Assembly (NCBI GenBank): GCA_023213395.1
Contig: CM041465.1
Span: forward strand, 225,129,741-225,193,740
From: Cycas panzhihuaensis
Lineage: Eukaryota > Plantae > Cycadophyta
Length of the DNA: 64,000 bases
Reading direction: 5' to 3'
Within the stretch, counting starts at the first letter, position 1. Every line of letters begins with the position of its first letter. A program made the translations under genes and the position numbers. Shown in pieces: positions 40,440 through 50,559 of the stretch. Below the pieces are notes generated by a model. The model was not told where the DNA came from. It ran no database searches and saw only the letters and a list, made by a program, of their open reading frames with translations.

Positions 40440-41300
40440 CAGTGCATTCATGATAATAAGGGTAATCTAAAAGAGAGTTATGAATCTTAAGTAAATAATT
40501 TTTAAGATGACTCTAGGTTGAATCAATAACAAATGAAGAAGACATTGACAAATGGCTAGGTAAAGTAGAAGAAGAGTGAATTTTAGTACCCATTCTATCT
40601 TTACAAAGATATTCAACATTTGAGCAATAAATTCTTTATAACCTAGACCAAATATAGTCAATACCTTCCCTTTTGTTAAATCACTTATACCATAAAGGAT
40701 TAGAACCAGAATACTTGACATTTTGTGAGTTAAATTGTGATTTAAAACTCAAGTAGGCTTGAAATTCTTCCTTAGACCAATAGGGAGGCACATGACCTAA
40801 TTTGTCAGCAAAGCTCTAAACCATATTAAAATCCCTTACCATATTCCATAAGGTTAGATGAAGATACTATTGTAATTAGTTCCATAAATTAGTTTTGGCT
40901 AGGCATCATTAAAAGCATACACACTATTGACAACACCAACTTGCACATTCTAAATCATAAAGATAGCTCACGCATACTAGAAAATTTGATTAGAACTAGA
41001 TTTCATTAAACAATATTTAGACCAAGATAACAAAATACCCAATAGTGCCACCAAAACCTCTGCAATAAAATGAAGAGGACAAAATTCAAAATAGCCTAAA
41101 TGACCTTGGGATTAGCATGCAATTAAAATTTGGCAAATTTACATTATTAGAGGGCCGACAAATTGGGAACACCAACCTTAGCTAAGATACTATTTATTCA
41201 CAACTTGACAACAACCTCCAAGTTACAAACTCCACACATTTCAAGAAAAAAATGATAGCTCCATAAGCAAGCAAAAGAAAGTTGGGTCATGAGTAAATCC
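40440..41300 (-). mobile_element. degraded copia RT/RNase H fragment
   Basis: Weak RNase H-type remnants, including ORF 40467-40721 (QMLNIFVK, resembling QxADIFTK). Confidence 0.5.
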
Positions 41301-41855
41301 ACCTCAATTAAATATATATAGACTCGTTTCCAATGTTTTTAAAAAATCTTAATTATTTCTATGAAAGCCTTCTAACTTTAATTTTATTCCTTTTCTATCG
41401 CTCTATTAAAACTAACACAATATAATGGTGACAAATTCTTAGGACCGACTTTGTTAGCAAGAAAACAGGTAATGTTTTAATTAGGACATTAGGACACCCA
41501 TGACTGGAACAACTTTGAACAGACGAATCATTCAATATGCAGAAGGACTGTGAACTTAACTCGGACCTATCATTAAAACCTCTCTTAAATATTTGTTTAC
41601 ATGCGAGACTCTCGAAACCATCGAAGCTCTCGTTCCCTTGCAGTTGCAGTGGTAGTTGTTCACGTGCGTTGGATGCAGAAGGACAGACAGTCGTTCCACT
41701 CTTTCATACGTTTTATTGCCATTCTTAAGTGCTGATGAGAAGCAGGTCCACTCAATTAAGAGTCCTGATGGAGGAGGACGTCAAAGCCATTAAAATTCAA
41801 ATAAAAAAGGACTCCAAAATATGTGAAATGGTCTAAAATGAATGAACCATGTAAA

Positions 41856-41889
41856 TAGCGTGACCAATCAAGTAGCGCGACCAATTAAG
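41856..41889 (+). promoter_or_regulatory. tandem 17-bp repeat with two CCAAT boxes upstream of the GRAS gene
   Basis: TAGCGTGACCAATCAAG followed by TAGCGCGACCAATTAAG. A CACGTG at 41661 and a GACGTC at 41777 lie nearby. Confidence 0.5.
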
Positions 41890-42316
41890 TCTCCCAAGAT
41901 GTGAATGTTGCATCCAATCTGCTTCCGTTCCAATCCTCCTCCTCCAAATTTCCTAAACCGAAAGGATGATTCGAAACAGAACCAAAATTTAGAGTATTCC
42001 GATTATTCATTCCCTAAATTTGACTACGAAGTCGATTGGATATCTCAGGGAGCCGGTGATGCGGGCCGGAGTCGAGACTGCGATCTGCAGGAGGCCTTTC
42101 ACCGCTTCGTATGGCTGTTACGTTCAGCGCGTACTGACTATAATAATGACCACCTACCTTATGGTCCACCCCTTCCATGGCTCCTCCCACGCCTCGACAC
42201 CCTTCGATCGCATTATCTTCTGCATTTATCAGTTTTTCTTAAAAATGTCTGATTCCAAGCGCCATTGATGCTGTCAGCTTCGGCAGACCCTGCGAGAACG
42301 AGAAGATCGCTCGAGG

Positions 42317-44017
42317 ATGTCGACGAAGAAGAACAGAATGCCAGAATCGGAACCGTATAGCACCTTCTACGAAGAAGACTGGGATCATATATTCACAATT
42401 CCCCCGTCCGATTCTGTCAGTCATCAGTATGCGCAGTTGGACCTGTGCCTGGAATCAGCCGAATGGTCCTACTGGAACTCCGTTCAGACGAGAACCCACC
42501 ATCCGATGCTGTCCTACGACGAAGTCGAAGCATTGGACGAGCTACTTCCGCACGAATCCTCTCAGAAAATCTCCCTCGACTTCGAGGGGGCGCTTCCGGC
42601 AGAGCTTCTGCCGAACGATGGCAGGGCGCCGACGGATCCCCGGTCTGTGATTATCGATCGTCAGACGGATATCGCTCCGGTGGGGCCAGAGTTCATGGTT
42701 TCTGAGTCTACACAGAGCAATAATTCTGCGGGATGGCCCTCGCTTGATCCAGCACCCGGTCGTATTGGAGCCGAGGAGCATTCGCCCCTGGAGTTCATGA
42801 ATTGCCGGACCGAAGACGAATACAGGGGACTGCGCATCGTGCATCTCCTGGTCGCCTGCGCCGAGGCGACGTCGAAGGAATCCCGGGACCTCGCGGAAGT
42901 GACGCTGTGCAGGTTGCGGGAGCTGGCGACTCCCACGGGAACCACCATGGAGCGGGTGGCTTATTATCTGTTGCAGTACGCTTTGCAGCGGCGCTGCCGC
43001 TCGGCCGGGGGTCACATGGAGGCGGACGCCTGCAATCCCAACAACTACTCGCAGGAGCTCGTTCTGGGCGCTTTCAGGTTGCTTCACCAGGCGTACCCCT
43101 ACATACGAATTGCTCATTTCACCGCCAACCAGAGCATTCTGGAGGCGCTCCCCGCTAACCATAGCAGAATGCATATAATCGATTTCGACCTAATGGAGGG
43201 CATGCAGTGGCCGCCCCTCATGGAAGCTCTGGTCCGGGAAGATTTCGAAGTCCGGGAGCTCAGAATAACTGCAGTCAAATGGGGCGGGGAGGGAAATTCT
43301 TCGGTTCAGGTCTGCAGAGACGCGGGGAGAAGATTGGGCGAGTACGCAGAGTCTGTGGGGATCGCATTTTCGTTCGAGGAGACGGAGTTACAGAATGTGA
43401 AGGACATAATTTGGTCTGAGGGGGCCGAAGCCGAAGATGTTGTGGTAGTAGCGAATTGTATGTGGCAATTGCCGCATATGTGTGAGCTGAGAAGTAAGTT
43501 GCAGGTATTGCAGTTCTTGCTGGGGGTGCGCCGGCTGCAGCCGGTCATCCTCACCTTCGCCACGGGAGCGGCTGCAGTCGAGCCGACCGAAACCGGCTCG
43601 CGGGCCGGTGGCACGGACTTCTTATCCCGTTTTTGCCATTGTTTGCAGAGTCTATGTGCAGTGTTCGACTCCCTGGAAGCCGGATTACCGCGTCACGGGC
43701 TCGCCAGGGCGATGGTGGAGCGCTTCTTCTTCGGCCCAAAGATGTGTAGATTGATGATGAGGAGCGGGGATGACGTGGAGGAGGAATGTGATTGTGTTTC
43801 GGACCCGCGTGACGTGCCGCTTCGGATGCCTCTGAGGTGTGGTTTCGTGGAAGGGGTTATGAGCCACGAGAATATGCTCCGTGCCAACGCATTGTTGTCG
43901 TTGTCGTGCCACGTGGAAGGATATTATGGTCTGCAATTTGGAGGGGATCATCAGCTGGTCCTGAAATGGGGTTCTACCCCTTTGGTGTGGGTATCTTCTT
44001 GGGAGACACCCTCCTAA
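42317..44017 (+). CDS. NSP2-like: GRAS-family transcription factor, NSP2/SCL26-like, single exon, 566 aa
   Basis: Intact GC-rich ORF. LHRI region GLRIVHLLVACAEA..SRDLAEVTLCRLREL..GTTMERVA matches the NSP2 pattern GLxLVHLLMAxAEA...RDLARVILxRLKEL...MERLA. Also AFRLL..YPYIRIAHFTANQSILEA, MHIIDFDLMEGMQW (VHIID motif), LRITA, a PFYRE-like F..RF...AVFDSLE and C-terminal L.W...PL..VSSW (SAW motif). GRAS membership is secure; the subfamily call is by motif recall. Confidence 0.92.
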   Translation: MSTKKNRMPESEPYSTFYEEDWDHIFTIPPSDSVSHQYAQLDLCLESAEWSYWNSVQTRTHHPMLSYDEVEALDELLPHESSQKISLDFEGALPAELLPNDGRAPTDPRSVIIDRQTDIAPVGPEFMVSESTQSNNSAGWPSLDPAPGRIGAEEHSPLEFMNCRTEDEYRGLRIVHLLVACAEATSKESRDLAEVTLCRLRELATPTGTTMERVAYYLLQYALQRRCRSAGGHMEADACNPNNYSQELVLGAFRLLHQAYPYIRIAHFTANQSILEALPANHSRMHIIDFDLMEGMQWPPLMEALVREDFEVRELRITAVKWGGEGNSSVQVCRDAGRRLGEYAESVGIAFSFEETELQNVKDIIWSEGAEAEDVVVVANCMWQLPHMCELRSKLQVLQFLLGVRRLQPVILTFATGAAAVEPTETGSRAGGTDFLSRFCHCLQSLCAVFDSLEAGLPRHGLARAMVERFFFGPKMCRLMMRSGDDVEEECDCVSDPRDVPLRMPLRCGFVEGVMSHENMLRANALLSLSCHVEGYYGLQFGGDHQLVLKWGSTPLVWVSSWETPS

Positions 44018-46425
44018 ACCGAGGTCAGTGCCCCACGACTTTTATATTCGACCAATCAAAGGTCTCAGATATCAAAGATATTAAAATGATCGTCTTCCAT
44101 AAATATTGCGGGTCTTTCATGAAACGGACGATTGTGGGTCTTTCTTATTCTATCTCGCCTTCTATTGTGTCTATAGTTGCTAGTAAGATTACTATTGAAA
44201 AAATCTATGGTTCTAAAATCTATATTAGATATTTGTTTGAGCTTCAATTTTGAAGGGAAAAAAGGGTGAGTAAGGAAATGTGTGTGCACTCATGAAAGAG
44301 AGGAGTACATAACAGTTTATGACACTTAATTTCAAGCAAGCTCCTCCAAGCACATGGACAACATGTCATTAGTTGTTCCATCAGACTTTGGGTCGATCTA
44401 TAAGCACACTATCTCATTTTGATTGGCCTAACTTTAAGCGCGACCAAAGTTGAGTGTGGTGCCCTCAACACTTTGACATCATCTTGGGGAGAATTAATTA
44501 TGAAATGAGGAGGAACAACATAGTCAAAAAATGTAGGTGCATACATTTCATGGCATGAATGATATTCTTCATCAATAATAATGTATTGAAAATAACTTGG
44601 ACCCCATTGAAGTGATTCTTTATCGCGACCACAAAATAAGGCAACGTTAGAGTGATGTACGCATCATTTTGAGCTTAATGTTTCACCAGTTGTTGGGATA
44701 ATGATCAACATAAGGAAAATGAACTAAACAAACATAACTTTATTAATTCATTATTAGATCCTAAAGCATTTGATCTAATCAAGAGGAACCTTTTGGGATC
44801 TAAAAAAATTACATGTTGAGCATTTAGGTTCTATGATTCCAAATTTGCTTACGTTTAAACATACAAAGAAGTCTTAAGAAAATAGAAACTACCAATCATA
44901 TTAAAACACTTTTATGCAAATCAACAACCCATTAATTCCTAATTTTCTAAATGACCCAAATGCATACATATGACCTATTTCAACAAAAGTAACATACATA
45001 TGAATTATTTTAATTTGTATTGCCTCTAATGGAGGGGTTGCATCTAAGTTTGAAAAGGTTATAATATGTTTCTCGATCAAGAAGTGTAGAAAATGAGTTT
45101 GAAGGATCTAAAGACAACTAAAACACCAAGGGGTGTCATTCATAAATTGGATATTATGTTTAATCTCACTAGGAATAACATTGAAAAGACTTTTATTAAA
45201 AAAGTCATGGCTTAAAGGAAGGCCAAATTTCCTTTACAAAATAGCCCAAGAATAGAATTTCAAAGCTAGAGAATTAAAAATATCTTTGATAAAGGCTACT
45301 ACTTTTTAGACCCAACATTTAGCAGGACTAAATAATCAAAGATTGCAAATCACTTGTTATTAGATATCATCAATGGTGACCAACATAAAGAAATCTTAGA
45401 AAAATATAACAAATTTGAAACCACCAAAATTCTAAACCAATTGTACTTGCTTGCAAGCTAATAAGCTTTCCAAATGGGTTTAAAGACTAAAGATCCTAGG
45501 AATTTCACTAGTTGATGACATTGTAAGAGATGTTATTGGGGAATGTGCTTCCAACACTTGGGGTCTCAAGAGGAATCTTTTTCGATTCAATATCCTAATA
45601 ACTTTTACCAAGGGTGAATCCCTAGCCATAGTTTTGAAATCCATTTATAGATTAATGCTCCCCTAAGTTTTAAGACCATTAATGTTGAAGACTCCCATAA
45701 ACTTAAGAAGATAATGAACCTTCTAGAAAATGTTTTTTGTGCCATTTTTCTTAGAAAGACCAATCCAAATATAGTTGTAGAGAAATTTAACAAGAATCTT
45801 ATCGTAGGAAACCAAAGGAATCTAGTAATAGTAAACATGTAATGAGATCAATACTTTTGATACTATCTATGATCTACTAACCACTGAAAGCTTTTGAAAA
45901 TTCTAGTAGAATGTTGGCCAAAACCAAAGCCCCATTTTTTTAGAAGAAGCATTTAAGACAAATATAATACTAAGAAATCTAAATGCCAATCTAAATTAAA
46001 TCAACCACCGACCAATTTGCATCACCCAATCAAGAGGATCATCAAAAGGTGAATAAAAACAAAATGGTTTTGTAAAGGAAATGATTGACTTAAAGGCCAA
46101 ACAAAACAATTGTATACAAGACTTAAAAGTAAGCAATGCCAAAGAAGAAGCTTGAATAGTTGCATTGATATCATCAACAAGTTATCTATATAACAACTAC
46201 TAAACCAAAAAGAAGAGAGGTATTTGGGCATCCTTGGTGAGTGAATCTTTCTCATAAAATACAATTTGATACGTTATCATTAATGGCTAGTTTAGAAGAG
46301 GCGTTAGAAACAAGGTTTTAAATTACTCTCTAAAAGAAAGGTTTGAAACTAAAGGCCTTTGGCACATCTATAATAAAATCCCATTAGATTATGTCCTAAA
46401 ATTAATTACTCTTGACAAATATATC

Positions 46426-46434
46426 TATACATAC

Positions 46435-46497
<63 letters not shown>
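46426..46497. repeat. compound (TA)n(GA)n microsatellite
   Basis: Read directly. Confidence 0.95.
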
Positions 46498-46504
<7 letters not shown>

Positions 46505-47369
46505 TTCTTGATCCTAAAGCATTCCTTCCTAGATAACAAAATTGTAATCTAAGATTTTATAATGTTTAATAAATCCATCCTACACTTATTGGACTATTAC
46601 TTCTATGGTAAATTTAATTTTAATTTACACCACTTTGATAAGAATTTTAAAGGTGATATTAAATAAAGTTATAAGTTGCCACCCACCTATTAATTCTAAG
46701 TTGCTTCCATCTCTAAGAATAAGATTGATACTTCTAGTATTTGTTCTTACTTCCATATAATGAGAACAAATTTTTTCCCTACACATATGAAAAATGGTCC
46801 TCTCTTATAATGCCTAAACAAGTTAACAAATAAAAAATTACAAAACCAATGGATAGCCCATCTTTCCCATGAATTTTCCCCTCAATCATGGAGTAAATAT
46901 CAGCCTTTAATAGCTCTAAGGGAAGTAGAAGGTCTAATAGAGATTGATCACCTTCAAAACTTTAATGGGAGTGTCCTAAAGACATTAAAAGATAGCTTTA
47001 ATATAATCATAATTAAACCCATCTAAAGGAAACACGTTTGAAGGAAAGATAGTAGATAAATGATTTTCAAAACATTTTTATAAATAAGCTTTTAAAACTT
47101 ATTTACTTTCCCTTTAAGGTGGAGAAAATAAATTGAGGGGAAATCTCACCAACCTTCAACCCATGAAGCTTAAATATGACTTAGATCCCTTTAGCCTAAT
47201 ACGTGTCACATTGATGCTACTTAATAGTACAAGCCACCATTAAAGACTAAAGAAGTGGTTGAAAATGAATAATTTAAAGCTTAAGTTTAAAATCCAACAA
47301 TTGTTTATGTAGAATAAAATCCTTAAAATGATATAATAAAGTAAATTATTTTGTTAAACCCCCTATACC

Positions 47370-48780
47370 TAATATACTATTTGACCAATAGTATTTTCCC
47401 ACCAATGTATCCATCCATATGTGCCAAGAGGACAAGGAACAAGATTTTATATTTATGATATTGCCTAGATACATACAAAAAAGGTGGCATTTCATTAAAA
47501 ATATGTTTTTGCTAGGTTGCCAATTATCACTAAAACTAAAAGAGGTGGAAATTGATAAATATTATGATAGAATATAATAAAGTGAAGCAAAATCCCTAGA
47601 ACCAATGATGTAATAATACTATTTTAGGAGAGTAAACATTTGTTGAGTAATTATCAAGCCCTTTTAAACTCTATCATAACCAACCTTCAACTAATGAGGC
47701 TTAAATTTAACTCAATCCCTTGATACATATACATCTTAAGTTTCCATAGATCAATTGTATGAGGAACTTTTAATTACTAAAGAAAGGCTATAAAAAGGAT
47801 TGGTTTGAAGCTTAATAGAGCATCTAATGTATATTTATAGAAATAAGATCCTTAGAGCTATGTAATGAGGGTATTTATTTCACAAAATTTCCTAATTAGC
47901 GTATTGTTTGACTAATAGTATTTTCCCGTTACAATGTCTATCCATAGGTACTAAGAGGATAATGAACAAGGTTACAAATATATAAAACCCATATATTTAT
48001 TTACATATAGGGAAGAAAAAAAGGATACTCAATTTAAATGGAGAGCTCCTCATAAGTTGTTAATCATGACTAAAATCAACTTTTAAAAAAGTTCATGCCA
48101 AGTTTCCAATTATTACTTAAATTAGAAAGGTGGAAATGGATAAATATTATGATAAAATAATAATAAAGTGAACCAAAAACCCTAAAACCAATGATGTAGT
48201 AGGCTTGTTTTAGGATAATAGATATTTATTGAGGAATTATCAAGCCCTTTTAAACTCTATCATAACCAGCCTTCAACTAATGAAGCCTAAATCTAACTTA
48301 GATCCTTTGATACAGATGCATCTTAAGTTTCCATAAATCAATTATATAAGGAACCTTTAAATACTAAAGAAAGGTGTCAAAAGGAATGGTTTGAAGCTTA
48401 ACTAGAGCATCTAGTACATATTTATGAAAATAGGATACTCAAGTCTATGCAATGAAGATATGTATTTTATAAACCTTCCTAATTAGCAGATTGTTTGGCC
48501 AATAGTACTTCTCCACCATTATATACATCCATAAGAACTAAGAAGATAAAGAATAAGATTATAGATATATGACATTCCTTAGATTTATTTTTATGTAGGC
48601 AAAAAAAGGGATACTGAATTTAAAGAGAGAGTTCCTCACAAGTTACCAAGGAGATCGAAATGAGTAAATGGTATAATTGAGTAACAATAGAATGAAATGA
48701 AATGCCTAGATCAAACTACTTTTTAAGTCTATTCTAGGTGAATAAGCACTTGTTAGGCCTTTACAAACTCTATCATCATT
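47370..48780. repeat. ~530-590-bp tandem triplication (third copy partial)
   Basis: TTTGACCAATAGTATTTTCC-like motif at 47380, 47907 and 48494; AAACTCTATCAT at ~47666, ~48252 and ~48766. Confidence 0.9.
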
Positions 48781-50559
48781 GTCTCTTCTATTATACCAGG
48801 TAAAATTATTATAATTATAAGATCCCATAATAATAAAATTCAAAGGCCACAGCTTACTTTAAAATGAAACAATGTATAATTCCTTAGAAAGACCCATATA
48901 TAAGATGAATAATTAATTTTCATACTATGATTTAATGATATTAAACTTTCAAAAAAAAGTGAGGAAATTAGAGGAATATTACATATTAACCATGGTCATA
49001 ATTCCAAACTATTTGAAAAGCTACACTAGTACTAGACTAAATATTAAGCATAGAAAATACTAGCAATACCCAAACCTTATAAGTGATAAGTAGTTGAAAA
49101 TTATTAAATACCCATATTAGTCATAATGCCATATGGCATTTAAAGGCATTAGCCTTATCTTCTTGTTAAATAAAAGGGAACTGGAATATCCACTAAATAC
49201 AACATAGATTTTCTTATAATTACTCTTACTAAAGATAAGAACAAATCACAAATGTCACAAAAAAAAGAACTCCATAATATTAAATTAAAAGTGATATATG
49301 CACAATACTACGTTAAGTTAAATGCCAAATTTTGTGTCCATTTCTTTCACCCATTTTATATTTTGTACACCTTTCTTTTCAAAGCATAAAGATCAGCATT
49401 TATTACCTACATGAAGGTCTCTTAATTTAGAATCATGCTACATAGAAAAACATGGTTCTTTATTGCACCCTTCTTCTTAAAATAAGAATATTCATATTAG
49501 AAGAAAAGCCATAATCTTGACCATTAGACTTAGAATTCATGGATAATAAGCAAAGTGGATAATAATGGTAAGAAACACTCCTTTTCTTGAGAACTTCAGA
49601 TTTTTCATTATGATTATTATGCAACTGCTAATCTTTCATATCTAGGATGGAACCCATAAGGAAAGGAGATACATAAGGGGGTGTTCTAGATATGAGGGCC
49701 AAGATCCTAACCAACTCTTGTGGATTGTAAAGAAATCAAGAAGAGGCTAGGATGAGGAGAGGTTTAAGAGATTCATTGATTAAAGAAAAATAATAATGAT
49801 ACTTTAACATTCTTTTTGTTAAGAAGATCAATTCCATTAGTTATGAAATGAAAAATATCTTGTTATGGAAAAGAAATGGAACTTTAGTATTAGGTGTAGG
49901 GAAATTTTTTAGATAATGAATAGTCTTTCTACATCTAAGATATGCATTAAGAACATTACTATAAATATATTTACTAAGAAATGAATAAACCGAAATAAAA
50001 AATCCCCATGCTTTCAAATAATAGTTTTAGTAAAACAACTTCAATATAATTATGTAGGTTTGGTTTATGACTTAATCGATGTTTGTGGAGCTCATGTATA
50101 ACTCTTTTAGGATCATACCATTTGATTATTACATGGCTACTAATACAACAGTCAACTTGGAATTTTTAAATAAATTAGATGTGAAAAGATAGAAGCATTC
50201 TTGGTAACTAAGTTACCTTATTAATGTTTAAGTAAATGATGAATTACATATCAATATCATGGACCTTTCCAAAGAACCTCTTCCTAGTATGAAAGATAAT
50301 CAAATGAGAAATATATCCAAATGTAACAAAGAAATCTGAGTACTTAATTTGGATTCCTATTTCCTCCTTTATTATTTGTACATCAAATTCCAAAGCCTAA
50401 CCTATAGAGGAATTCTTCCTGAAAAATGTTTAACAATAATAATCTTGGCTATGGCTTTGACCAATACATCAATGATATTATAATTTTAAATGACATTTAT
50501 AACTTCACTTATTGGCATGTAAACTAGGCTCAAACAAAGGAAAATAGGAAACAAGTATA

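Larger units (their letters stand above)
45000..50500 (-). mobile_element. degraded L1-type LINE ORF2 (RT, C-terminal Cys-rich region and RNase H-like remnants)
   Basis: Minus-strand remnants YNIIDVLVKAIAKI (~50440-50480, like YKIIAKVLANRL), FLQSTRVG.DLGP (~49700-49735, like FF.S.RG.RQGDP) and FNINGLK (~45670-45690, like LNFDGASK). All are weak individually. Confidence 0.55.

Noticed and set aside
41725-41835. CTGATGAG plus nearby hairpins, suggesting a hammerhead ribozyme
   Set aside because: No stem II closed by GAAA and no compatible stems I and III could be built.
42429-44289. Many alternative-frame and antisense ORFs overlapping the GRAS CDS
   Set aside because: Expected in GC-rich coding DNA with few stop codons; no recognisable motifs.
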